Shown here in pieces: positions 10,413 to 22,159 of a stretch of DNA of 44,109 bases. The translations under genes and the position numbers were made by a program. Within the stretch, counting starts at the first letter, position 1. The number at the start of each line of letters is the position of its first letter. Below the pieces are notes generated by a model. It was given only the letters and a program-made list of their open reading frames with translations, made no database searches and had not been told where the DNA came from. The stretch lies in contig NC_068994.1 in assembly GCF_001194135.2 (NCBI RefSeq), forward strand, positions 32,855,454-32,899,562, written 5' to 3'. The DNA is from Octopus bimaculoides. Its lineage: Eukaryota.

Positions 10413-10620
10413 GTGTCGAGTTGGCTGAATCATTAGCATTACGGCCAAAATACAACCCAATATTTCTTGACTCTTTATGTTCTGAGTTCAAATTTCATGG
10501 TTGACTTTTATTATTTCAGTGGTCAATAAAATAAGTACCAATTGAGTGCCAGGGTCACTGTATCTTGACTTGACCCCTCCCATAAAATTTCAAGCTTTGT
10601 GCTTATAGCAGAAACAATTA
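10413..10620 (+). mobile_element. Family-D SINE (diverged)
   Basis: gagttggctgaatcattagc...ttctgagttcaaattt...caataaaataagtacca...gctttgtgcttatagcagaa. Confidence 0.7.
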
Positions 10621-10624
10621 TAAT

Positions 10625-10822
10625 TTACTTAGTCTCACTTATTGGACTGTGACCATGTTCAGGTACCACCTTGAATGTAGTACAAATCAGTCCAAGGAAT
10701 TTTTGTCTTTTTCTTGAAGTTAACTTCTTATCCCATCGGTCACTTTTGTCAAAGTACTATGAGGACATAAACAAACCAACACCAGTTGTCAAACATTGGT
10801 AAGTAAACAAAGACATAATTAC

Positions 10823-10869
<47 letters not shown>

Positions 10870-11054
10870 TCACACACACAAATAGATAGATAGACAGAGA
10901 GACATAAAGACAGGGTACATAGATAAACTGACTCAATAGATAACCAATAGCATGTGCATTTCTATTGCATGACATAAGACAGCCAATAACTGTAGACAAG
11001 CTTTGCACAGCATTCTACAAGGTTTTTACTAGAATCTCACTTAACTACATAAAC

Positions 11055-11085
<31 letters not shown>

Positions 11086-11240
11086 TGTATGTATGTATAC
11101 ACACAGAGTTTCCATCTACCAAATACATTCATAAGGCATTTGTCAACTCAGAGCTATAGTAGAAGATACCAACCCAAAGTTTTGCACAGTGTGACTGAAC
11201 CTGAAACCCAAACATGGGGTTCTTGCGAAGAGCCATGCCT
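10625..11240 (-). mobile_element. Family-A SINE with expanded TA/GATA/TATG core
   Basis: Tail ggactgtgaccatg...accaacaccagttgtcaa; head ctatagtagaagatacc...gactgaacctgaaacc; microsatellites between the halves. Confidence 0.7.
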
Positions 11241-11609
11241 TCATCTATATTCTTCAATATTCAGTTGAAATCTTTCAAATTCCTCCCGTTTCTGTAACTG
11301 CTATGTTCTTCATATTGGATGCATTTTTGTGTTGCTTATTCTTCTTCTTGTCTTGTTGTTGTTAATGCTGTAGTGTTCCCATGACACTATCGTTGTTGGC
11401 GAACAACCCTTGTTGTTCCAGGATATGAGAAAGTTGGATGATAGGTGGAGTGGGGGTGGGGGTAGTCTTGCTGGCTTCTTCCTGCACATTGGAATAAATG
11501 ACAGGATGGCCATGGATGGAATTACTCTGATCAAAGGTCTGCTCGATCTGGATTGGCCTGGGTTTAAATTATCAACTTACATATACTAATCTGCCATCAA
11601 TGCAAAAAA

Positions 11610-12215
11610 ATGTAAATCCATACTACCACCACTACTAATACAACCACCAGCAACACCAGTGCCACTAACACTATGACTACAATATTTAGCCACACCACAA
11701 CTACTGCTACTACTATCACAACAATAACCACCACAACTGTCACTATCACTGCCACTACTACTACTATTACTACTACCACCACCACTACTACAGCCAACAC
11801 CTTGTCAATTTCCACTAAGTGCTACTATATTACTACCACCAACAAACACTTCTACCACCACTATTTCTATGACAACTTCCACCATAAGCACTACTACTAT
11901 CTCTCACAAGCACTCCTCACTGCCCCTACTACTGCTGCTGCTACTACTACTACCACCACTACTACTACTGCTATTACTACTACTACTACTACCACCACCA
12001 CCACCACCAACATCCCCCCACCCCAAACCACAATCCCCGCTGCCAGTACCACCACTATTACCACTATGAACACAAACACTACTACCACTATAAATTCTAC
12101 CACTACTACCACCACCACCACTACTGCTACTAAAACCATTACTAGGACAAATGCTACCACCACCACTGCAATCACTACCACAGCCACAACTACAACCAAC
12201 ATCAATATGTCTTTA
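11610..12215. repeat. ACT/ACC/ACA triplet mosaic
   Basis: Degenerate trinucleotide array giving the poly-Thr (+) and poly-Val (-) ORFs. Confidence 0.9.
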
Positions 12216-12824
12216 AATCTGTATTGTTTACTAATTTTCCAAAAATTTTTGTTTCTGAGGTTGGTTGGTTTGTTTGTTTGTTTGTTTGTTTCTTTGACTA
12301 TTTTTGTCAATAATATTAATTTTTTAATAACAATAAAAATAACAACAATAATAATAATCTATTTATTATTCATTTTTCAAAACCAATAATTCAGAAATGA
12401 AACCAGAGAAGATTCTAGAAAAACATTTCAGATATTTTAAAAAAACATCCAGAATAATTTATTTCTGGAATCTTTGTTTAAAATTTATTTGTTATTGTAG
12501 TAACAAGGAGGGTGTGTGTGTGTGTGTGTGCGCTTGTGTGTGTGTGTGTGTGTGTGTCCACATACTTGCATGTGTATGTATGTATATATAAATCCACACG
12601 CACACATATACATGTAGCTCAGAAGTTTGCTTTGCAGCTGCAAAGTGCTGATTCATTCTCATTGGGTGGCACATGGACAGGTCACTTCTACTGTGGCCTG
12701 GGTTGACAATAACTTGTGAGTAAAATTGGTAACAAACCTATTGCACACACATACACACATCGTTGTCACATTGTAACGTACTACAAAACATATCTATACA
12801 TCTGTTTCACACACACACACACAA

Positions 12825-12865
<41 letters not shown>

Positions 12866-12903
12866 CACACACAAGTATATATATATATATACACACACAC
12901 ATA

Positions 12904-13838
12904 CAGGGTGTGTAAGATATTTGAGGATAGATTTATGTTTATAAAAAAAACAGATATGTAATATCAAAAAATGCTATTTTTTTTTCTATATTGTTATTCA
13001 ATAAAGTCACCTTCAGCTTCAACAACTGCTTCTATATGAGATCTAAATCATCCATATACTCGAATCAAGAGACCCTGGTTCATTTTGGACATTACTCTGA
13101 CTATAGCAGCTTTCAAAGAATCTTTGGTGTTATGGGCATGTTCATTGACCTCTCTCTCAACAATGCTCCACATATAATAGTCCAATAGATTGAGATCTGG
13201 GGAATTAGGAGGTCAAATGTTAGGGGCTATGTGAGCATGAAAATTTTCAGCCATCCATTCCTGTGTTACTAGAGCCATATGTGATAGTGCAGGGTCTTAC
13301 TGAAACACATATGACCTTTCATTGCATGCACGGTCTATCCAGGGCTTTACAATTATTTCCAGGACCTCAATGTAGGCAGCAGAGTTAACTCTAAGGCCTT
13401 GTGAAAAGAAGTAAGGAGGCATCACATGTCCTTCATTGCTGACAACTCCTAAAACTATGACAGTTGCAGGAAATTTTGTATGCATAACACTTGCAACTTC
13501 AGAAGGTTCTGCACATATCCATCAGTCATTTCTTCTGTTAACTTTTTGATCTTGGTTGAAGTTTTTCTTGTTTAAGAAAAACCAAATCAAATCTTCTGCT
13601 GGATTTTCAGTTTATTTAAGAACCTTTTAGATCTGATGTAGTGATTTTCTTCTGCTTTTTTCGGACAAATTGACCTTTCCTCATCATATAAGATTTATAT
13701 CTGATGTCTTCATGGACAACATTTCTGACTGCTCATTCTGACACATGGAGATCTTTTGCAATTGACCTCATGGACTTTATGGAATTGTAATCAATGGCCT
13801 ATTGAACTTGGTGGTTAAATTCAGGTGTTCTGATGATT
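12904..13838 (-). mobile_element. Decayed Tc1/mariner DD37D (maT-type) transposon, 5'-truncated
   Basis: Minus frame TKFPATVIVLGVVSNEGHVMPP...FQ*D-(37 aa)-D in SPDLNLLDYYMW...FRSHIEAVVEAEGDFIE* (stop at 12994-12996), with three premature stops; terminal TA|CAGGGTG at 12902-12910. Confidence 0.92.
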
Positions 13839-14492
13839 TCAGTGTTTGTCCCCACCCCTACCATCGCTTGACAACCGATGTTGGTGTATTTACATCCCCA
13901 TAAAGTAAAAAGATACAGTCACGTACGCACACATGAGACAATGCTGCACAGTTACATTTCCACCGATTCCACTAACAATATAAAGGCCATCTTGAGTCTA
14001 TGATACAAGAGACATACTAGATAACACCAAGCTGCCATGCAGTAGGATCCAACCTGGAACCATACATTCTTTACCAAAGTTCCTTACCACATAGCCATAC
14101 CTGATAGAAGCAATTAACTAGGAGTTTCTGATCAACTATGCAGCACTGACAAGTAACAAGGATGGATTAATATAAATAGCATCACAAAGCAAAACGGCAT
14201 TATTTCTGATTATAGGAGAGAGAGAAAGAGAGAGAGAGAGAGAGGGGGGGGAGATAGAGAGNNNNNNNNNNGGGGAGATAGAGAGAGAGAGAGAGAGAGG
14301 AAAACAGTAAATAAGGATTAATTCAAGAAATGCAAATTGAAATCAGAGAATTTCCTAGTATTTTGCAATTCTAAGTTTCGTTTGTCCATTTGTAAAAACC
14401 ATCACTTTCTATATAAAGTCATTGACAGAATTAAACAAGACAGGCAGAGCGTGATTATGTCAGCTAAGACAAATATGTCTGCTATGTTGTAT

Positions 14493-14523
<31 letters not shown>

Positions 14524-16135
14524 TCTTTCAGCCGTTTCAGTCATTGTGGCCATGCTGGGGCACTGCCTTGAAGAAGTTTTAGTCAAATGAATCAAACCCA
14601 GTACTCATATTTTTTAAGCCTGGTACTTATTTTATCAGTCTGTTTTGCTGAACTGCCAGGTTACGGGGACGTAACCACACCAACACCAGTTGTCAAGTAG
14701 TAGCAGGGGACAAACACAGACGCAAAGACATACACACATATGCTGTACACTTCTTGGTCAGCCTGAGGCTATAGTGTAAGACACTTGCCCAAGGTACCAC
14801 AAAGTGGAACTGAACCCAGAACCAGGTACTCGGGAAGCAATCTTCTTACCACACAGTCATGCTTGCAGCTATACATACACATACATATATTCTTTTATTC
14901 TTTTACTTGTTTCAGTCATTTGACTGTGGCCATGCTGGAGCACTGTTTAGAAAGGCTTTTAGTCGAACAAATCAACCCCAAAACTTACTTTTTTTAAGCC
15001 CAGAACCTATTTTATTAGTCTCTTTGCCAAACTGCTAAGTCACAGGGACGTAAACACACCAGCACTAATTGTCAAGTGGTGGTGGGGGTATAAACACAGA
15101 CACAAAGACACACAAAAATAAATATATACATATACAGGTACAGAAGTGGCTGTGTGGTAAGTAGCTTGCTTACCAACCACATGATTCTGGNNNNNNNNNN
15201 NNNNNNNNNNNNNNNNNNNNNNNNNNNNNNNNNNNNNNNNNNNNNNNNNNNNNNNNNNNNNNNNNNNNNNNNNNNNNNNNNNNNNNNNNNNNNNNNNNNN
15301 NNNNNNNTATATATATATATATATATATATATGCATGTATGTGTGTGTGTGTGTCTAAGTGTCTGTGTTTGTCCTCCCAACATCACTTGACAACTGATGC
15401 TAGTGTGTTTACACCCCCATAACTTACCTGTTCGGCAAAAGAGATCAATAGAATAAGTACTAGGCTTACAAAGAATAAGTCCTGGGGTCGGTTTGCTAGA
15501 CTAAAGGTAGTGCTCCAGCTTGGCCGCAGTCAAATGACTGAAACAAATAAAAGAATATATGATGGGCTTCTTTCAGTTTCCATCTACCAAATCCACTCAC
15601 AAGGCTTTGGTCGACCCTAGGCTATAGTTAAAGACACTTGTCCAAGGTGCCATGCGGTGGGACTGAACCCAGAACTATGTGGTTGGAAAGTGAGCTTCTT
15701 ACTGCACAGCCACGTCTACGTCTATGTATATTTATCTCTTATATTTTACTTGTTTCAGTCAGTGGATTGTTGCCATGCTGGGGCACCGTCTTGAAGGATT
15801 TTAGTCAAAAAAACTGACCCCCAATACTTATGTTCAAATAAATCTAGTATTTATCTGTTTTTCCAATTGGTCTTTTTTCCCCAAATCACTAAGTTACAAG
15901 GACATAATCAAACCAACACCGGTTGGCAGTATTGGTAGGAGGACACACACACACACGCGCGCATAAATAGTGAACTTCTACACAGTTTCCATGTATGGAA
16001 TTCACTCACAAGGTTTTTAGTTGTCTTGAGGTTTAAAGTGGAAAAAGCTTACCCATGGTACCTTACAGTGGGACTGAACCTAAAGCCACATGGTTGCAAA
16101 GAGAGCTTCTTAACCACACAGCCATGTCTACCATA
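14524..16135. mobile_element. Cluster of five family-A SINE copies: (-)14524-14870, (-)14890-15120, (+)15133-15555, (-)15560-15720, (-)15740-16130
   Basis: Repeated family-A head and tail motifs on both strands. Confidence 0.85.
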
Positions 16136-16294
16136 CTTTTAAGAATACTGTATGAACTGGGGTTCCCATTGATGGGTCATTAGTATGACATTGTAGCTAC
16201 TTAATTTCAAGTCTATACATAAAATTGAATTACTAACGACAATGAAGAAAAGTTCATATTTTTAACCTTATAATGTGATTGTCATTAGAAGCCA

Positions 16295-17045
16295 AAATTT
16301 GGATGATGATGACAATGATGGCGCTGAGAATGACAATGGTGGTAATGAATATGATGCTGATGATGGTGATGATGATGATAACTGAGGTGATAACAACCAT
16401 GATGGTGATGGCAAAAGTTTTGTGATAGTGATGGTTATGATGATGATGGTGATGATGACGACGACAATGATGACAAAGACAACAAACAGTGATGATGGTT
16501 ATGATGATGATGATGATGATGATGATGGAGATGAAGTTGGTGACAGCAATGATGATGATGATGATGATGGTGATAATAGCCATAATGGTGATGACGAAAG
16601 TTTTGTGATGATGATGATGACATTGATGACAAAGACAACAAACAGTGATGATGGTTATGATGACAATGATGGGGATGGAATTGGTGATAATGATGATGAT
16701 GATGGTGGTGATAACAGCCGTAATGGTGATGATGAAGATTTTGTGATGATGATGAAGTTGGTGACGATGATGAAGTTGGTGATGACAAATGGAGTTGGTG
16801 ATGACGATGGAGTTGGTGATGACGATGGAGTTGGCGATGAGGATGGAGTTGGCGATGACAGTGGAATTGCCAATGACAATGGAGTTGGTGATGACGATGG
16901 AGTTGGTGATGACGATGGAGTTAGTGATGACAATGGAGTTGGTGATGACGATGGAGTTGGTGACAATGATGGAGTCAGTTGTGTCACTGCTGCTGCTGCT
17001 GATGATGATGAGGGGGAGGAGGAGGAGGAGGAGAAGGACAATAAT
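16295..17045. repeat. GAT/GGT triplet mosaic with higher-order repeats and an 18-bp minisatellite (16790-16975)
   Basis: About 10 copies of gatggagttggtgatgac; tgacaaagacaacaaacagtgatgatggttatgatga at 16471 and 16627. Confidence 0.92.
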
Positions 17046-17165
17046 GAGGGTGATGTGTGGTGCCAAGTTTACCAGCTGTAGGCCACTCAAGCTTGTGTAG
17101 CTTTCTGTAGTTTGCCAGGATGACTAAAAGTATCCTCTGTTTGTGTGTGTGTGTGTGGGTGTGAG

Positions 17166-17198
<33 letters not shown>

Positions 17199-17721
17199 AA
17201 GAGAGAGATAAAGAGAGAGAGTGAGAGATTGAGAGAGAGTGAGAGATTGAGGGAGTGAGAGAGAGAATGTGTGTGTATGTGTGTATGCTGTCCCCCCCCC
17301 CACCTCCACTTCTATCCTCCAGCCCTCCACCTAACCATGGTATGTTCAGATGCTGGTTTGATTAATGGCTCCCTTGGTTGCTTCAGTTGAGTTCCTGCGT
17401 TGGTGTCTAAGAAACTACTGAAGCTAAAATCTAAAATGTCTAAACATTATTTTATTAATGATTACTAACCAATAAATAAAGCAATAAATATTAGAAAATA
17501 ATTTATTTTATCCATTTTTCTACAAAAAATAAAAAAAATCTTATTTTCTTAGCAATTTATTTGGATATTAAGAATGTAGCTCAGCTGCATTCAACACATC
17601 TTGGGTACTTTCTGGAACAATTAAATCGACATTAAACATTTTAATATTGTTTTTGGTTTATATTTTAAATGCAAGAACAGCGGCACCCGTGATGCTTTTT
17701 TTGGTGACTCTATGACTGATG

Positions 17722-17970
17722 GGTGAAGGCACGTGGCCCAGTGGTGAGGCTGTTGCACTTACGATCACAAGATTGCAGGTTCAATTCCCAGATCAGCAAT
17801 GCATTGTATTCTTGAGCAAAACATTTCATTCCAGATAGCTCCAGTCATCTCAGCTGTAAATGAGTGACTCTATGAGGAATCGGCATTCTGTTCAAGGGAA
17901 AATATTGTGATTTTTATCACTTGTATGCCATGGGGACTGAGTAACTGGCCCCATAAGTCCTGAGACTCAA
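17722..17970 (+). mobile_element. Family-E SINE
   Basis: ggcacgtggcccagtggtgagg...ggttcaattccc head, then cttgagcaaaacatttcatt...ctcagctgtaaatgagt. Confidence 0.8.
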
Positions 17971-18693
17971 AATAGTAATGTCCAGGATGAAGAGAGTTAT
18001 AGACTAAAGAGAGACAGGAAAGAAGTTATTTTCAGACCAGAGTCTTGGACTATAACGGTTCTGCTGCTTAGATTATTTTCTTTTTTCTTTTTTTTTTTTT
18101 CCAGCTTTACACATTTTATTGACTCTAAAATGATGAAAGGTGAAGCTGACCTCAGCTGAATTTGAACTCAAAGTTCACAGAATCAACACTCTAATGACCC
18201 TGCCAATTCACCACTCATATCTTATCCGACCCATCCTGATGTCAAATTTTTGTCTACCAAATTTACCTCTCAAGGTTTTGAATGATTTAAGGATATAGTA
18301 AAAGACTTGCTTAAGGTGTCAGGCTGTTGGACTGAACACAAAACCATGTCTCTCAGAAGCAAACTTCTTAAGTACACAGCAGTCATACTCACATCCCCTA
18401 ATGTTATGTTCCCCATACTGTGTATGTATTTCAGATTAGATTTTTAATGCCAACCATATCAAATACATTAACACTAACTTAACTATTGTTTTCTCATGCA
18501 GATAGCATTACTGAGTAATTAACTTCAGTGATCTATCGTGTAAAATAAGTTGCACTAATTCATATTTGATTTTAATTGGAAAACAGGGGTTGTGACTTAA
18601 AGATAGGGAAAAACTAACATTAAGAAGGGGAAAAATTTCGTACCAAGATTTAACACAAAATTCAGGATGTAACAAGTAAATCTGGTGTATATG

Positions 18694-18970
18694 TCATTGT
18701 CGTCGTCATCATCTTCATTTAACTTCTGTTGTCCATGCTGGCATGGATTGGATGGTTTCACCAGAGCTGACAAGCTGGGGAGCTGCACCAGACTCCAGTC
18801 TGATTTGGCATGGTTTCTATAGCTGGATGCCCTTCCTAATGCTAACGACTTTACAGAGGGTGCTTTTATGTGGCACTACATGGGTGCTTTTATGTGACAC
18901 TGCACGGACATATTTACATGGTATTGCACAGGCACTTTTATGTGACAATGCACAGGTGCGTTTACATGGC
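18694..18970 (-). mobile_element. RTE-tailed short element (LINE 3' UTR fragment) with an internal ~24-bp tandem repeat
   Basis: Same tail as 750-1000 (ctggatgcccttcctaatgc); 4-5 copies of gggtgcttttatgtggcactacat-like units at 18858-18970. Confidence 0.8.
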
Positions 18971-18979
18971 AGGTGTATA

Positions 18980-19260
18980 ATCTAGTGGCTAGAGTGTAGC
19001 ACTCATGATTGAAAGATTGCGGTTTCGATTCCTGGACCAGGCAATGCACTGTGTCCTTGAGCACAACACTTCATTTCACATTGCTTCAGTCCCCTCAGCT
19101 GTAAATGAGAAACCCTGTGATGGACTGGCATTCTGTTGTGGGGGAATTTTGGCCCACCCACCTTGCCATTGGGGTGGCATCATTTGTTAGGTGCAACAAT
19201 GTGAAGAAGCGCATTGTGATCAGCGTACAACAGGTGATAGTGTGGTCAATACAGTAGTGT
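18980..19260 (+). mobile_element. Family-E SINE
   Basis: tagtggctagagtg...ggtttcgattcctggacc...ccttgagcacaacacttcatttcacattgc...ccctgtgatggactggc. Confidence 0.8.
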
Positions 19261-19467
19261 GTGTGTGTGTGTGTGAGTTAATTGTACAGAAGTAAATATA
19301 ATATTTTTTGAAAATTATGCTAATTGTTTTTGCCTAGACCTACTTATTAATTCTCTCTTCACTATTTCAGCAAATATGATGAATGAAGTCTATGGTGTAT
19401 TAAGGAGGACTGAAACATGTCTGGGATTGTCTCCCTTATTTGTTAAAAGGATTGAAACAATAATAAT

Positions 19468-19680
19468 GGCTTCAAATTTTGGCACAAGACCAGCAGTTTC
19501 ATTGGAAGTGGATGGGTTGATTATATTGCCCTCATTGCTCAACTGATACTTATTTTATCAGCCCTAAAAGGATAAAAGGCAAAGTTGATTTCAGCAAAAT
19601 TTATGTTCTGAGATGGACGAAATGCCACTTAGCATTGTGCCTGGCATGCTACCAAATCTGCCAGTTTGTCGCCTTAATAA
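19468..19680 (-). mobile_element. Family-D SINE
   Basis: ggcacaagaccagc...tacttattttatcagccctaaaaggataaaaggcaaagttgatttcagc. Confidence 0.8.
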
Positions 19681-20034
19681 TGATAATAATCAATGAACTA
19701 ATGTTGCCTTTTCCTCAACACATAAATCTAATCAGTTTCTCAATACTCTATTAAAAATGTTAATAACTTAATATCACCATATGATAGAAGACTTTAACTG
19801 TACTGAATCATGGAGAGAGTAAAAGGAAATAAGTTTAAGGGAAAAGAAAAAAGCAACATGAATTACAGACATAAAGAAAATTAATTACATGCAAAGCAAA
19901 ATATAAAAGAAATATGTTTACAGATAGTTACTGAGCAACAAAATTCCTTGAGATATTGATTCTTAGTTTTTTCTTAATATTTAGTATAATGTAGTCCAGT
20001 ATAAGCAACCATAAATGATTGCTTGTATCACCAT

Positions 20035-20436
20035 CCATTGCTTAATGTCCACTTTTCCATGCTTGCATGGGTTGGACAGAATTTATTGAAGCTGATTTTC
20101 TGTGGTTAGGTGCCCTTCCTATCACCAACCCTTACCCGTTTTCAAGTACAGTAATATTTACCTGTGACCAGACATGTTTACCCAGACTATTGAAAATGAG
20201 TGACATTCATTTATAATGATCAAGTGAGACACAAATATACACTCATAATTACACATACACATGTACCCATATATATATATATATATCATCATCATCATCA
20301 TCATTGTTTAATGTCTGTTTTCCATGCTAGCATGGGTTGAACAGTTTGACTGGGGTCTGGGAAGCCAGGAAGCTGCACCAGGCTCTAGTCTTATCTGGCA
20401 GTGTTTCTACAGCTGGATGCCCTTCCTAACGCCAAC
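20035..20436 (-). mobile_element. Two RTE-tailed short elements (20035-20260, 20285-20436)
   Basis: ttccatgcttgcatgggttggac and catcatcattgtttaatgtctgttttccatgctagcatgggttg tails. Confidence 0.75.
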
Positions 20437-20617
20437 CAATATAATCAACCCACCCACTTCCTCTGAAATTACTGGTCTAGTACCAAAATTTGAAGCCATT
20501 ATTAGTGTTTCAATCCTTTTTAACAAATAAGGGAGACAATCCCAGACATGTTTCAGTCCTCCTTGATACACCATAGACTTCATTCATCATATTTGCCAAA
20601 ATAGTGAAACGAGAATT

Positions 20618-20870
20618 ATAGTAATTATCCTTGGATGGAATTTATAAATATTTAATGCATTGCTACGTGTGCTTCCACAAATCATATGTCTCTTAAGATC
20701 ATAATCCGTATTCCTGGGATGATTACAGTGTAGTCCTTAGTATTTGTAGGCATTGGGTAGATCATCTTCATGGATTCATTTCTTCAGACAAAGAAATTAG
20801 ACTGTAGCTGACATAATGGAATAGGAGCTTTATTTGCATTTTCAAACATTTCCCGTGAACAAATCTTAAA
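20618..20870 (+). repeat. Low-copy segment C, copy 2
   Basis: tccttggatggaatttataaatattt...cttaagatcata matches 5822-5894; the distal part matches 6050-6130. Confidence 0.9.
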
Positions 20871-20894
20871 AATATATTATATATACATGGGTAT

Positions 20895-21030
20895 ATTTGG
20901 CATTAGGAAAGGCATCTAGCCATAGAAACCATTCTTTAACAGAGAAATGGAGCCTGGGCATCTCTTCAGCTGGTCAGCCCCTATCAAACCATCCAACCCA
21001 TGCCAGCATGGAGAACAACCATTAAAATAT
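20895..21030 (+). mobile_element. RTE-tailed short element
   Basis: ggcattaggaaaggcatctagc...ccaacccatgccagcatggag. Confidence 0.75.
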
Positions 21031-21244
21031 GATAGTATATATGTATATACAAATTCGACCTATATGATGTTCTGTTTATGGAAATCTGGGTTCTTTTGTC
21101 AGAAACAATTGTTTTTGGAATATGAAATAAAAGGATAATCCATTTCAACATCTGATCTGCTTCATTTCATTTATTTGATGAAATTTATTGAACTTTGTTT
21201 AGAGTTTCACATTACCGTTTGTCAGACATTTGTGATATATACAT

Positions 21245-21540
21245 TTTATCTTTTATTTGTTTCAGTCACTAGACTGTGGCCATGGTCTTTTTTAAAATCT
21301 GGTACTTATTGTATTGGTCTTTTTTTTTTTGCCAAAGTGCTAAGTTACAGAGACGTAAACAAACCAACACCAATTATCAATTGGTGGGCAGGTAAGAAAC
21401 ATAAATGTAAAAACACTCACTCACTGAGTTTCTGTCTAACGAATTCACTCACAAGGATTTGATTGGTCCGAGGCTATAGTAGAAGACACTTGCCCAAAGT
21501 GCCACATGGTAGGACTGAACATGAAACCACATGTAATACG
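21245..21540 (-). mobile_element. Family-A SINE (internally shortened)
   Basis: Tail gactgtggccatg; head gaggctatagtagaagacacttgcccaaagtgccac. Confidence 0.8.
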
Positions 21541-21642
21541 ATGCATGGTGACTATTTCAATAGAGTTTATGCTAAAACTTAAATAAATAAATAATTTTTT
21601 TATTAAGCGTAACTAGTATGGGAACTTTTGGATACCATCTCG

Positions 21643-21985
21643 TACCTGGGCATGGCTCAGTAGTTAGAGTGTCAGGCTCACAATCATGAGGTAGTGAGTT
21701 CAATTCCTGGACTGGGCTGCATGTTGTGTTCTTGAGCAAGACACTTAATTTCACATTGCTCCAGTTCACTCAGCTGTAGAAATGAGTTGCAATGTCACTG
21801 GTACCAAGCTGTATCGGCCTTTGCCTTTCCCTTGGATAACATCGATGGCATGGAGTGGGGAGGCTGGTATGCATTGGCAACTGCTGGTCTTCCATAAACA
21901 ACCTTGCCCAGATTTGTGCCTCGGTGGGTAACTTTCTAGGTGAAATCCCATGGACACTCTTGACTGAAGCGGGTTTTTATCTTGT
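21643..21985 (+). mobile_element. Family-E-headed SINE with an alternative tail (also 26975-27245)
   Basis: ggcatggctcagtagttagag...gagttcaattcc head; body ccaagctgtatcggcctttgcctttccc shared with 26975-27245. Confidence 0.85.
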
Positions 21986-22159
21986 AGTTGGACACTAAAA
22001 CTAATTGAAACTAACAACACACAAGCACACAAGTATTAAACAAAAAGACATTAATGTAGTATAATTTAGAATAAAATTACAAAATTGACTTCAATAAACT
22101 CTGTCCAACCCATGCAAGTACGGAAAAGTGGACAGAGTACGGACAATAAAATAATGATG

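Larger units (their letters stand above)
19349..20617. repeat. Inverted duplication D: arms 19349-19528 and 20437-20617
   Basis: About 180-nt arms with about 14 differences; only 2 differences in the central ~90 nt (gcaaatatgatgaatgaagtctatggtgt...ggattgaaaca). Confidence 0.95.

Noticed and set aside
16790-16975. Regular 18-bp array considered as a CRISPR-like array.
   Set aside because: Head-to-tail minisatellite without unique spacers, in a eukaryotic context with no cas genes.
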